From: Verrucomicrobiaceae bacterium | GTDB lineage: Bacteria > Verrucomicrobiota > Verrucomicrobiia > Verrucomicrobiales > Akkermansiaceae | Assembly (NCBI GenBank): GCA_051252135.1 | Contig: JBPOGH010000001.1 | Coordinates: 256,001 to 320,000, forward strand | Length of the DNA: 64,000 bases | Direction of reading: 5' to 3' | Part shown: positions 8,356 through 18,432 of the stretch, piece after piece | Layout: each line of letters begins with the position of its first letter | How positions within the stretch are numbered: position 1 is the first letter of the stretch | Translations under genes and position numbers: made by a program | Notes under the pieces: generated by a model | What the model saw: the letters and a program-made list of their open reading frames with translations, nothing else | The model's database searches: none | Told to the model about the DNA's origin: nothing

Positions 8356-9549
8356 ATGATCAGAGTAGCGGTCGCCATCCTTTTAATTATCCCGATTTTT
8401 GCGGAAACTCCCGAGTGGAGCGTCTGGCGCGGACCGCTGCGGAACGGGAACTACGATCACGAGACCCGGTGGTCAATCAAGGAGCCGAAGAAGCTTTGGG
8501 AAGCGAAGGTTCATTTGGGATACTCCGGGTGCGCGGTGAGTGAAGGGAGGGTTTACACACTGGGGAACGCAGAGGGAGAGGATTTGATCCAGAGTCTTGA
8601 TCTTGAGACAGGGAAGGAGATTTGGACGGAGAAGTATCCGCAGGATTTGGTCCCGAAATACAATCCCGGGGGGCCGAATGCGCCTCCGGTGATTGAGGGG
8701 AAGTGGCTCTACGTTTTCAGCAAGCAGGGGTTGGTTTCGTGTCTTGATAAGGCGACAGGGAAGGCCCGCTGGACGACTGATTTGGCCAAGGTGGCGGAAG
8801 CGCCGATGCCAACGTGGGGATTTTCCTCGGCACCGCTCATTTTGGAGGATCGGGTGATTCTTAATGCGAACGAGCACGGGGTGGCTTTGGATAGGGAAAC
8901 GGGCGCAATGATTTGGAATTCGCCTTCGAGCTCTTGTGGTTACGCGGCAGCGGTGCCGATGAGGTGTCGCGGAAAGGATGCGGTGGCGATCTTTGGGGAG
9001 AAGGCGATGCGCCTGGTTTCGCAAAGTGACGGGAAGGTGCTTTGGAAGAGGGATTGGGCGACGCGCTACGGGGAGAACTCGGCTGATCCGCAGGTGATTG
9101 ACGGGAAGCTCTACCTGTCCTCGTGGTGGGGTGAGGGGGCGGCGTTATTTGATCCGGAAGCGGATGCGGTCGAGCCGATCTGGGTGAACAAGGAATTTCA
9201 AAATCACATTCAGCCACCGGTGCTGCATGAGGGGCATCTGTATGGCTTTGATGGTCCGGTGCATAAGAAGAAAATTCAGGGGTTTTTTCGGTGTGTGGAT
9301 GCGAGGACCGGAAAAACGGTTTGGTCGCAGCCTGACCTGAAGGGCTCCGTGATTCTTTCGAACGGGAAGCTCATTTTGCTGACTCATGATGGCACGGTGA
9401 TTGTGATCAAGGCAGACAGTGCCGGTTATGAGGAACTGGCGAAATACGAGGGATACGGGAAGCGGACCTGGGCGCCGCCAGTGCTCCATGATGGGCGTCT
9501 TTTCATCCGGGATGCGGATGGATTGCTGACCTGCCTGGATATGAGTTAG
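8356..9549 (+). CDS. Secreted PQQ-like beta-propeller protein (BamB/PQQ_2 family)
   Basis: Signal peptide MIRVAVAILLIIPIFA, WSVWRGPLRNG, repeated LDxxTGKxxW blades, terminal TWAPPVLHDGRLFIRD...LTCLD. Confidence 0.88.
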   Translation: MIRVAVAILLIIPIFAETPEWSVWRGPLRNGNYDHETRWSIKEPKKLWEAKVHLGYSGCAVSEGRVYTLGNAEGEDLIQSLDLETGKEIWTEKYPQDLVPKYNPGGPNAPPVIEGKWLYVFSKQGLVSCLDKATGKARWTTDLAKVAEAPMPTWGFSSAPLILEDRVILNANEHGVALDRETGAMIWNSPSSSCGYAAAVPMRCRGKDAVAIFGEKAMRLVSQSDGKVLWKRDWATRYGENSADPQVIDGKLYLSSWWGEGAALFDPEADAVEPIWVNKEFQNHIQPPVLHEGHLYGFDGPVHKKKIQGFFRCVDARTGKTVWSQPDLKGSVILSNGKLILLTHDGTVIVIKADSAGYEELAKYEGYGKRTWAPPVLHDGRLFIRDADGLLTCLDMS

Positions 9550-10926
9550 CTATTTCCAACTGCCACCGAGGGCCTGGATCAGCTGGACGGTGGCTTGGTG
9601 TCGGGCCGCGCGAGTTTGGGAGAGGCTCCGTTGTTCTTGAAGTGACTGGCGTTGGGCATCGATGACCTCGAAGAAGGAGATGAGTCCGGCATCGAAGCGG
9701 AGGCGGGTGAGCCGGGAGGCTTCTTTGGCGGCGGCAGCGGACTTCGCTTGGGCGGCGAGGGCGCGATCGAGATTATCGATGCCGGAAAGGGCGTTTTCGA
9801 CATCGCGGAAGGCGTTCAGGACCGAGAGGCGGTGGTTTTCGAGGGCCTCGTGATACTTTGCGGTGGCGATCTCCCTGGATCGTTCCTTCCGACCGAAGGT
9901 GACGATGGGGAAACTGGCATCCGGGCTAATGAGCCAGAGTCGGCTTCCTTTGTCGAAGAGGTCGGAAGAACTTAGGGAAGCAAATCCCGCGCTGGCGGTG
10001 AGGTTGATTTTTGGAAGGTAGTTGGCAAGAGTGATGCCAATTTCCTCCGAGGCGGCAGCGAGACGACGCTCGGTGGCGGCGACATCCGGACGGCGGCGCA
10101 GGAGATCGGCAGGCACTCCGGAGGGAACGATGGGGGTGCGCGGTGGTGCGGACCGGGCGAGAGTGAATGAGGACGGGTTCTGCCCGATGAGGACAGCGAT
10201 GGCATTTTCCAATTCAGTGCGTCTCTGATTGAGCCGGTGGAGCTCGGCGCGGGCGGTCTCGGTCTGGCTTTCTGCGCGAGCTGAATCGATGGAGGTGGTG
10301 TCTCCGGCATTTACCCGGGCTTGAACGAGCTCTTCGTTCTGCTTTCGTAGTTCGACAGTGTCGTTGAAGAGGGCGATTTCCTCATCGAGGTGACGGAGAG
10401 CGAGGTAGTCGCGGGCGACCTCGGCTTTTGTGGAAAGAAGGGCGACGAGGTAGTCGGCGGCGGCGGCTTGGCTGAGAGCTTTTTGTTGTTCGACACTGCG
10501 TCGGACGCGGCCCCAGAAATCGATCTCGTAAGTGAGATTCAGGGCTGAACGATATCGTGAGTAGGGATCGGCCGGAACGGGGAAGATGTCGCGAGTGGTG
10601 TCCTGTTGTCGGGTCACCAGAGCTTCACCCTTCACGGTAGGGATGAGGTCGCTGCGGCTGAGGCCCAGGAGGGCGCGCGCTTGATCGAGGCGAGCGAGCG
10701 CGGCACGGGCTTCGGGATTGGCGGATTCGGTCTTTTTAAGAAGTCCGGTGAGGGTGGGATCGAAGAACGAGTTCCACCAATTACCAGGGAGCGGGGGAGC
10801 ATTTAGTCCGACTGCTTTGAAGTTGGCAGGCAAATCGGTTTTGGGTGCTTGGTAATCGGGACCCACGGAACAGGAAGCCAACCAGAAGAGACTCGAGGTG
10901 ATTGCAATGACAAGAGATGGTTTCAT
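9550..10926 (-). CDS. Efflux outer membrane factor lipoprotein (NodT/OprM family)
   Basis: LASCSVGPDYQAP lipobox, YEIDFWGRVRR, LLRRRPDVAATER, LIQALGGSW. Confidence 0.93.
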   Translation of the reverse strand: MKPSLVIAITSSLFWLASCSVGPDYQAPKTDLPANFKAVGLNAPPLPGNWWNSFFDPTLTGLLKKTESANPEARAALARLDQARALLGLSRSDLIPTVKGEALVTRQQDTTRDIFPVPADPYSRYRSALNLTYEIDFWGRVRRSVEQQKALSQAAAADYLVALLSTKAEVARDYLALRHLDEEIALFNDTVELRKQNEELVQARVNAGDTTSIDSARAESQTETARAELHRLNQRRTELENAIAVLIGQNPSSFTLARSAPPRTPIVPSGVPADLLRRRPDVAATERRLAAASEEIGITLANYLPKINLTASAGFASLSSSDLFDKGSRLWLISPDASFPIVTFGRKERSREIATAKYHEALENHRLSVLNAFRDVENALSGIDNLDRALAAQAKSAAAAKEASRLTRLRFDAGLISFFEVIDAQRQSLQEQRSLSQTRAARHQATVQLIQALGGSWK

Positions 10927-10935
10927 GGCTTGGGA

Positions 10936-13900
10936 TTAGGCGAACTTCCGTTTGTTGAAAGAAAAGACGAGCGAGAGCACGGCAGGCACGAGGAACATGG
11001 TGAAGATGGTGGAGACCGCGAGGCCCCCAACGACCACGGCACCGAGGCCCCGATAAAGTTCGGAACCCGAACCGGGAAGAAGGACCAAGGGGAGCATTCC
11101 TCCCACGGAGGTCAGGGTGGACATCAAGATGGGGCGCACGCGAGATCTCACCGATTCCCGAATGGCCTCATTGGCATCGCGATCGGGATCCTCATTCATG
11201 AAATTGATGGTCTGGTGCACGATGAGAATCGCGTTATTGACCACTACGCCGGCAAGAATGACGAAACCAAGAATGGTGAGGACGTCCATGTTTTGCACCG
11301 GCATGTAGGGATCCGAGACCGACGATTTGTGAACGAGAAAGAGACCAAGAAGACCACCCACAGTGGCAAGGGGAACGGAAAGGATAATCACCAAGGGGTA
11401 GGACCAACTTTGGAAAAGAACGACCATCAGCAGGTAAACCACGAAGAGTGCGAGAAAGAGCGAGCTGGTGAAGAGTCCTCCCAAACTTCCGTCTCCCAAA
11501 AGGGCTTCCTTGATCTCGGCAAGTGCATCGGAGGAACCGGCAATTTCGACCTGCACTCCGGGGGCGATCGCGCCCTGGGCCTGTTGCTCTTTGATGATGG
11601 AATCGACCATGGTGATGGCGTCCTCCAGAGCCATGGTGCGAGGTGCGGTGACTTCCAGGGTCACGGCACGAAGTCGGTCAACATGCCTGATTTGCTCAGG
11701 GCCCAGGGCACGCTTGAGTGAAGCGATGGAACGGAGGTCGACGATATCGCCGGCCGGAGTGGCGACCGGAGTGGCGAGGAGCGCTTCGTAAGGAAGATCA
11801 TCGAGGGCTCCGGCGGTGATAATCTTCATATCCTTGAGCTCACCGTTTTTTTCATAGTCACGGAAGAGGAGAATGCCTTCACCGGCGGCTTGCACCGCTA
11901 GCCCGAGGTCGGTGCGGGTCATGCCCAATTCGCGAAGGCGTTCATCATTCGGAACGATTCGAAGCTCTTCGAGTGGCTGGGAGAAATTTGGAGGATTGGG
12001 CTGCACACCTTGGGGACCGAAGCCCTGCATGAATGCCATGAAGAGGCTTTGTGCGGATTTTGCCACGGCGTCCAGATCGCTCCCCTTTACGTCAACCTTG
12101 ATTGCGGAACCGGTGGTTCCCGCGACGCGGAAGAGAGGCATTTGGAACGCGAAAGCGATCGTATCCGGTGCCGCCGCGCCGGATGTCGCTGCGTTGAGCA
12201 GAGGGATGGCGTCGACGACCCGCTTTTTGTCCTGAGAGATGGCGACCTGAAACATCCGCCCCTCAAAGGAGACGAGAAAATAGTGATCCAGGGGTGGAGG
12301 CAGCACTTCACCCGGTTGTCCATATCCGCGCGGGACCGGGGTGCGTTCGTCCTGAGCAGGATCGCGGTCGGTTCCCCGGATCACTTTTTCGACAAGGAAT
12401 TTGTCACCGGTAGCTTCCCAAGCGGGTGCCACGGTAGCCTCCATGCGCCTGCCCGTTTCGGACAGGGCATCGAGATTGTAACTGGGGGCAGGGAAGAGGA
12501 GGCCAAAGATGACATTCCGGTTTCCGCTGGGGAGGTAGTCGAGTGGAGGCAAGAGGATTTTCACTCCAAATATGGTGATGAGCAAAAAGACGCCGACCAC
12601 TGCGAGACGCTTCAAGCTGCTCGAAATCAGCCATCCGACCGTGCCTCCGATGATCTCGGGCAGGCGATTGAATAATCGGGCGACGGGGCGCAATGGAGTG
12701 CCTATCAAGTGGAAGAAGCGCCCTCCAAAGATGCGATCAAAGGCGCTTGCCCCCTCTTTTCCGGGTGGCTTGAGCAGCCTCGCGGCGGCGGTGGGGATGA
12801 GAGTTAGCGACACGATCATCGATAGACCGACCGAGACCATGATAGCCAATGCGATGTCTCGGAAAAGTTGCCCGGCCGTTTCCTGAATCATCAGAATAGG
12901 AGCAAACACGATGAGAGTGGTCAGCGTGGACGCCAAGACCGCACCGGCCACTTCTTTGGTGCCATCAAGCGCTGCCCGGGAAGGCGTTTTGCCAAACTCG
13001 AGGTGACGATAAATGTTCTCAATCACGACGATTGCGTTATCGACGACCATTCCCACGGCGAAGGCCAGGCCTGCCAAGGATATGATATTAATCGAACGTC
13101 CCAGAGCGACGAGGACAACAAGGGAGGCGATCACCGAAACGGGGATCGCGAGGGCGATAATCCCAACCGTTCGCAACGAGCGCAGGAAGAAGAGGAGTGT
13201 CAAGGTTGCGAGGACGGCTCCCACGAGGATGTTGCTCCTTACGAGCTGGATGGCATCCTCGACATAAGTCGTGGAATCATAAGTTTGCACCAATTCGAGG
13301 GTGCCGTTGAGTCCGAGATCCCTGGCCTCTTGGGCAAGGAGACCGGTTGGGCTGTTAAGATCCCTGACCTCCTGGCGCAGCGCTTCCATTGTTTGGAGAA
13401 GGTTTGCCCCCCGGCTGAGCTGGAAGTTGAAAAAGGGCATCTGAATGCCACGGGCGCGGACCCAGGATGTGGGCTCCTTGTAGGCCTCCCGGACCTCGGC
13501 GATATCGCGCAGATAGATTACGCCGTCGGAATCGCGACGGACGATCATTTCCTCGATTTCGGTCGGGCTCTGGAATCGGCCGGTGGCGCGAATTCGGATA
13601 TCCCGCTTTCCGTCGGCCAGTTTACCACCCGAGAAGTTGGCATTGGCGGCTGTGATGGTTTGGTGAAGCGCGGCGAAGGTGATTCCCCGTTGCGCCATGG
13701 CGGTGGGATCGACAACAATATGGAGTTCCGATTGGACAGAACCGCGAACGCCCACTTGTGAAATCCCGTCAATGCGCTCGAAACGGGGGCGGATGCGGCG
13801 CTCCATGAGATCGTTCAGCGTCTCAGCGGGGAAATCGGGATCGCTTGAGGAGAGACCAATCCAAGCGATGTAATCAACAGATTCGATATCGACCGGCTCG

Positions 13901-14289
13901 ACTCTCGGCTGCAGCACGCCGCCGGGGTAACCGGGGACCTCATCCAGTTTTTGAAGGACGTCGGCCGTTGCGCTTTCGATATCGGTGCCTGTTTCAAATT
14001 CCATCCGGATCGAACCTTGTCCATTTGCGCTGGTGGAGGTGAGGGAAACGAGTCCGGTCACCTCACCGAGAACCTTTTCCTGCTCTTCGATGACATCGGA
14101 TTCAATTTCATCGGCAGAAGCCGACTCCCAATTCGTAGTCACCGAGACAACCACCGAGGAGACCTCGGGCGTCATCCGAATGGGGACGACCGTGACGGCA
14201 AGAATTCCGGCAAAGACGGCGAGCAGGGTGCCGACCGCGACGGAGATGGGCTGTGAGATGGCGGTGCCGATAAGGCCTCGATTGGACAT
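10936..14289 (-). CDS. RND efflux permease (AcrB/AcrD/AcrF family)
   Basis: 1117 aa; LAGLAFAVGMVVDNAIVVIENI, RVRPILMSTLTSVGGMLPL; two hydrophobic blocks. Confidence 0.95.
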   Translation of the reverse strand: MSNRGLIGTAISQPISVAVGTLLAVFAGILAVTVVPIRMTPEVSSVVVSVTTNWESASADEIESDVIEEQEKVLGEVTGLVSLTSTSANGQGSIRMEFETGTDIESATADVLQKLDEVPGYPGGVLQPRVEPVDIESVDYIAWIGLSSSDPDFPAETLNDLMERRIRPRFERIDGISQVGVRGSVQSELHIVVDPTAMAQRGITFAALHQTITAANANFSGGKLADGKRDIRIRATGRFQSPTEIEEMIVRRDSDGVIYLRDIAEVREAYKEPTSWVRARGIQMPFFNFQLSRGANLLQTMEALRQEVRDLNSPTGLLAQEARDLGLNGTLELVQTYDSTTYVEDAIQLVRSNILVGAVLATLTLLFFLRSLRTVGIIALAIPVSVIASLVVLVALGRSINIISLAGLAFAVGMVVDNAIVVIENIYRHLEFGKTPSRAALDGTKEVAGAVLASTLTTLIVFAPILMIQETAGQLFRDIALAIMVSVGLSMIVSLTLIPTAAARLLKPPGKEGASAFDRIFGGRFFHLIGTPLRPVARLFNRLPEIIGGTVGWLISSSLKRLAVVGVFLLITIFGVKILLPPLDYLPSGNRNVIFGLLFPAPSYNLDALSETGRRMEATVAPAWEATGDKFLVEKVIRGTDRDPAQDERTPVPRGYGQPGEVLPPPLDHYFLVSFEGRMFQVAISQDKKRVVDAIPLLNAATSGAAAPDTIAFAFQMPLFRVAGTTGSAIKVDVKGSDLDAVAKSAQSLFMAFMQGFGPQGVQPNPPNFSQPLEELRIVPNDERLRELGMTRTDLGLAVQAAGEGILLFRDYEKNGELKDMKIITAGALDDLPYEALLATPVATPAGDIVDLRSIASLKRALGPEQIRHVDRLRAVTLEVTAPRTMALEDAITMVDSIIKEQQAQGAIAPGVQVEIAGSSDALAEIKEALLGDGSLGGLFTSSLFLALFVVYLLMVVLFQSWSYPLVIILSVPLATVGGLLGLFLVHKSSVSDPYMPVQNMDVLTILGFVILAGVVVNNAILIVHQTINFMNEDPDRDANEAIRESVRSRVRPILMSTLTSVGGMLPLVLLPGSGSELYRGLGAVVVGGLAVSTIFTMFLVPAVLSLVFSFNKRKFA

Positions 14290-14313
14290 GGAACTAGCGA
14301 CGGGGAAAGGGGT

Positions 14314-15507
14314 TTACTTGCGCTCGGAAATCAGGAGCGGTTGGGACGGGAAGAGTCGCTCGTTGCCTTCAACGATGACGCGGTCCCCAGCATTCAGATC
14401 ATCCGACTTCAGGTAAACAAACCCGGCATCTTGAAAGAGGACTTCGACCGGCAGGCGACGCGCAATAGGGAGAGGGGACCCCTCTGATTCAGTGGCGACA
14501 AAAACTCCGGGGCCGGCATATCCCTGAACGACGGCATTGATGGGGACCGCGAGTCGTTTCTCGCTGCTGGTTACGGGAAGTTCTGCGCTGACCGAGAGCC
14601 CGGGAAGCAAGGCACCCTCGGGATTGGGGAGGGTGAGCACGACCTGCAGAGTGCGGGTCGATTCTTCAGCCTCGGGAATGATCGTCAGAGAAGAGGAGGT
14701 GATTACTTGCCCGGTGGCAGTCACCGTGACGGGAATTTTTTGCCCCTGGATGGCGGTGGCGAATCGCTCGGGGACCTTGAGCCAGGCTTCGATCTCACCT
14801 GAGGAAGTGAGAGTGACAATATGGGCACCTTCGGCGACCCATTCGCCGGGTTCGACATGGCGGCTCACGACACGTCCATCAAACGGTGCGCGGATGCTGA
14901 GATCGGAGAGCCGGACATTGAGGAGTTCGAGACGTGAGCGGGCGGCTTTCAGTGAATCTTCGGCGGCCCGGTAGACCGATTGATCCACGTTGTTGGCGCT
15001 TCTGGCATCGAGCACCTCGGATTCCGAGAGTGCCCTTTGAGCAAACAACTTTTCCTTCATCTCGAGATCGATGGAAGAGCGTTTGACTCGGGATTTCTTC
15101 TGATGAACGAGTGCTTCGGCCACTGTGACTTCGGCGTGGGCTTCCGCGAGGAGGGCTTTGAGACGTCGGGAATCGAGTGTGGCTATGAGATCGTTCTTTT
15201 TCACGATATCCCCTTCGTTGATCTCGATACTGAGAATGGGGCCTGGTTCGAGAGCGGCGATGTCAGAGCGTGAGCGGGCATGCAGCGTGCCGATGATGCG
15301 TTGTGTTTGGGTCGAGATGCGATTCTCAACCGGAGTCATTATTACGGTAGCAGGGGGTGGCCCTGAAGGTGCCCCCTGACCTGCATCATCCGTTGGCTTT
15401 GCCTGGGAGAGGGCTGTGATGCTCCACCAGGCGATGCCGATTACCACGAGAGCCAGGAAGGCGCCAGCGAGAGGAGGGATGCGACGGTTTGAAGAATGAG
15501 ATGACAT
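14314..15507 (-). CDS. RND membrane fusion (periplasmic adaptor) protein
   Basis: N-terminal TM, EGDIVKKNDLIATLD, IRAPFDGRV, LLPGLSV, GDRVIVEG. Confidence 0.93.
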   Translation of the reverse strand: MSSHSSNRRIPPLAGAFLALVVIGIAWWSITALSQAKPTDDAGQGAPSGPPPATVIMTPVENRISTQTQRIIGTLHARSRSDIAALEPGPILSIEINEGDIVKKNDLIATLDSRRLKALLAEAHAEVTVAEALVHQKKSRVKRSSIDLEMKEKLFAQRALSESEVLDARSANNVDQSVYRAAEDSLKAARSRLELLNVRLSDLSIRAPFDGRVVSRHVEPGEWVAEGAHIVTLTSSGEIEAWLKVPERFATAIQGQKIPVTVTATGQVITSSSLTIIPEAEESTRTLQVVLTLPNPEGALLPGLSVSAELPVTSSEKRLAVPINAVVQGYAGPGVFVATESEGSPLPIARRLPVEVLFQDAGFVYLKSDDLNAGDRVIVEGNERLFPSQPLLISERK

Positions 15508-15514
15508 GATGACT

Positions 15515-16141
15515 TTATGAAGTGGTCGAATTTTGAAGTTCGGGCAAAGGAGAGCCTATCAGGCGGCTGACGCTGAAAGTGAGGCGACGAATAGGCGCAG
15601 CATCGTTACTGATACGCGCCTGGGTGAGAGCTCCTTCGACCAAGGTCAGGACGTCGCGAGCCACCTCGGCGGCATCGTCCAACTCGACAAGATTCTCTGC
15701 GACGGCGTCTCGTAATGCGGTGGTGAGGTAGCGATGAATGCGACCCAAGATATCGGCGATTTTATCGGCTACGGCGGGCTCGAGAGTGGACAGCTCCGAG
15801 CCTACATTGAAAAGAGGACATCCGTGGATTTGGCCGTGGAGTTTATGGCACTCGAGGGACTTGTTGAGGCCTCCTGCGAGCCAAGCTGAAATCCTGGAGA
15901 GTGGGGGTTGGCTTGATGAGAAGATCTCGTCAAGCCAGGGGCGGGAGTGATTGTTCCAATGATGTTCGAATGAATCCAGAGCAAGGGCGGCTTTATCGGG
16001 ATAGGCGTGATAGAAAGATCCTTTTTTTACGCCGGCCCTTTCGCAGATGGCATCGATGGTGACCCGACCATAGCTTTGACTCCACATGAGTTCAAAGAGG
16101 GCTTCTTGAAGTTTGATGGGGGTGCTGACGGTCGCTGACAC
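15515..16141 (-). CDS. TetR/AcrR family regulator (NemR-like C-terminal domain)
   Basis: HTH TIDAICERAGVKKGSFYHAYPDK and GCPL motif; first gene of the efflux operon; GTG start. Confidence 0.92.
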   Translation of the reverse strand: MSATVSTPIKLQEALFELMWSQSYGRVTIDAICERAGVKKGSFYHAYPDKAALALDSFEHHWNNHSRPWLDEIFSSSQPPLSRISAWLAGGLNKSLECHKLHGQIHGCPLFNVGSELSTLEPAVADKIADILGRIHRYLTTALRDAVAENLVELDDAAEVARDVLTLVEGALTQARISNDAAPIRRLTFSVSRLIGSPLPELQNSTTS

Positions 16142-16154
16142 GGCGGCACGCTAG

Positions 16155-16170
16155 TTGACCTTTTAGTCAA
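16155..16170. promoter_or_regulatory. Candidate TetR operator TTGAC-N6-GTCAA
   Basis: TTGACCTTTTAGTCAA inverted repeat occupying the spacer of TTGATT-16-TAGCGT just upstream of the TetR start. Confidence 0.7.
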
Positions 16171-16194
16171 ATCAAGCGGTATTGTGATTTCCCG

Positions 16195-18432
16195 CTAGAA
16201 AGTTCCGTTTAATTTTCGACCCATCCAAAAGATGGAAAGCAGGACAATTAGGATGGTAGGGGCGAGCCAATGGGCCCATAGCTTGATGGAGTCGACGAGC
16301 GGCTGTGGCTCCGGGAGGGCATTGATTTCCTCGACCAATTGGTCAAGTTGACCGGCGGTGACGACGCGCCCTTTGGAGACTTTCGCCATTTCCTCGAGGA
16401 CATCGAAGCGGGCGGGGAGTCCGGCTTTTTCGATGGGGTCGGTTTGGGAGATGATCTTGGTTTCAATCCCGGCGGCTTCATCGTCTTCGACAAAGGCGTT
16501 CACTTTCCAGGTGCCGGGTTGGTCAATCTTGAAGCTCCCACTGAAGGCTCCCCAAGCGGCGTCTTCCTGAACGAGTTCGAGTCGGCGCGAGGTGCTATCC
16601 GGCGCGGTGAGGTCGATTTGGACGACGCCATCAGAGAGCGGGGCGCCTTCTTTTGAAAAGGCGTTTGCAGTGAGGAAGACCGATTCGCCGGGCTTGGGGC
16701 GTTCGGGGGAGAAGTAGACGCGGACGCGTTCGCCTGCGGCCATGTTTCGCTGGTAGGACATCCAACGGGCAACCTGCCCCCAGAAGCGGTAGTGGTAGAG
16801 GTCTTCAACGCCACGACGCCAGCGCCATGCTGAGTCGATGGCCATATACAGGACTTTTCCGGAGCCCGCCCGTGAGGTGACGAGGATGGGAATTCGGCCG
16901 GAGGAATTGCGACGGTTGTCGTTGACGGCGAGGACTTGCGACCCGGCTTTGGCCTTCACGACGGGAGCATGCCAGTAGAATCCCGGGAGGCTCTGCCAGA
17001 TGGATTCGTTTTGACGCTCATCATCGCCGAGCATGGTGAGGAGGCTTTTTTCGCCCTCACCGGTGAGGCGCATGGGTGAAGCGGTGGGATCGCTAAAGCC
17101 CTCCTTGCGCTCAGCATCGAGAACAACAGGGATGAGATCAGCGAGTTCGGATTGCTCGAGCTCGAATTGTTTGCCGCGGGGTCCGGGGATGAAGACGACT
17201 CCGGAGGCCTGATTTTCGACAAGTCCCTTGACGAGGTTGGCTTGCTCGATGGTGAGGCCGCCCTCGCCAATGCCGACATCGCCGATGAATACGACATCGT
17301 ATTTTTGCAGGGTTTCAAGGTCTTCAGGGAAGGCGTCGATATAATCGGGACCGTCGCCGGCGCCCAATTGCGGGTGAAGAAGGAGGCAGTCGACTTTGAC
17401 TCCGGGATCACGGGAGAGGGCGTTGCGGATGAAGCGATACTCCCAACGGGGGAGCGATTCAACGACGAGGACGCGAATAGACTCCGGCTTACCGGCCATG
17501 ACGAATTCACGGGAGTTATTACCCTCCACCAATTCATCATTGGCGAAGGGGATCGAAAGGGTGAGTTTGGTAGCGCCCTCTTTTTCGATTCGCCAGAGGA
17601 TGGAGTCAAAATAGGTTCCATTGGCGGGGATAACGATGTCCTTTGTCCGTTCCTTGCCTGTTTCGCTTCGAAGGCGGACGACGGTGCGGACGTCCCGGCC
17701 CAGTGATGACTCGATGGTGAAGGGGATTTGCACGTTTTCACCGACGATTCCGTAGGTGGGTGCGTTGACCGACTCGAGGTCGAGATCAGCGAGGCGCTGG
17801 GCACTACCGGCGCTCAGGGCGTAGAGCGGGATGCCGCGGATGCGCATTTGTTGAGCTGCATCGACAGGGGATTTGCCGAGGTTCCACGTCCCATCGCCCA
17901 TAAGAATGACGGCGCGCAGGTTCCGCCCTGCTTCGAGGATTCCTTTGAGCGCTCCATTGATATCGGTGCCCGACATGGTGTTGAGGGTCTCGTCATCTCC
18001 TTCAGGGGGAGCGCCGAAGGCGGAGAGAGTGACCCGGTTCTTGTCATCGGACTCAAAAGATTTCCAAAATTCGGTCTCGCGGATTTGATCGACGAGCTCG
18101 GAGCGACGGACGACCTTTTCAGTGTCTGACATCGACTTGGGAAGACGTGCATCCTCGGTGCTCATCGAGTAGGACTCATCCCAGACGATGGCGATCTCGG
18201 GTTTGAGATCGGAAGACTGAACGGTGCGCCATTCCGGACCAAGAAGCATGGCGGAAGCAAAGAGGACGCAGAAAAAACGAAGTGCTTCCAGGGTGCCGGT
18301 GCGCTTGGGACGAGCCGAACGCCTGACCGCGACGAGGCAGAGGACCGCGGTCACCACGAGGGCGAGGGTGACGAGAACGAAGATCGTCGTGCTGGCCTGA
18401 AAATGGAGATTGCCGAAGTGGAAATGCTTCAC
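16195..18432 (-). CDS. Membrane-anchored vWA-like / GATase1-like domain protein of the MoxR cluster
   Basis: N- and C-terminal TMs, DESYSM MIDAS-like motif, PRWEYRFIRNAL, DSAWRWRR...YHYRFWGQVARW. Confidence 0.8.
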   Translation of the reverse strand: MKHFHFGNLHFQASTTIFVLVTLALVVTAVLCLVAVRRSARPKRTGTLEALRFFCVLFASAMLLGPEWRTVQSSDLKPEIAIVWDESYSMSTEDARLPKSMSDTEKVVRRSELVDQIRETEFWKSFESDDKNRVTLSAFGAPPEGDDETLNTMSGTDINGALKGILEAGRNLRAVILMGDGTWNLGKSPVDAAQQMRIRGIPLYALSAGSAQRLADLDLESVNAPTYGIVGENVQIPFTIESSLGRDVRTVVRLRSETGKERTKDIVIPANGTYFDSILWRIEKEGATKLTLSIPFANDELVEGNNSREFVMAGKPESIRVLVVESLPRWEYRFIRNALSRDPGVKVDCLLLHPQLGAGDGPDYIDAFPEDLETLQKYDVVFIGDVGIGEGGLTIEQANLVKGLVENQASGVVFIPGPRGKQFELEQSELADLIPVVLDAERKEGFSDPTASPMRLTGEGEKSLLTMLGDDERQNESIWQSLPGFYWHAPVVKAKAGSQVLAVNDNRRNSSGRIPILVTSRAGSGKVLYMAIDSAWRWRRGVEDLYHYRFWGQVARWMSYQRNMAAGERVRVYFSPERPKPGESVFLTANAFSKEGAPLSDGVVQIDLTAPDSTSRRLELVQEDAAWGAFSGSFKIDQPGTWKVNAFVEDDEAAGIETKIISQTDPIEKAGLPARFDVLEEMAKVSKGRVVTAGQLDQLVEEINALPEPQPLVDSIKLWAHWLAPTILIVLLSIFWMGRKLNGTF

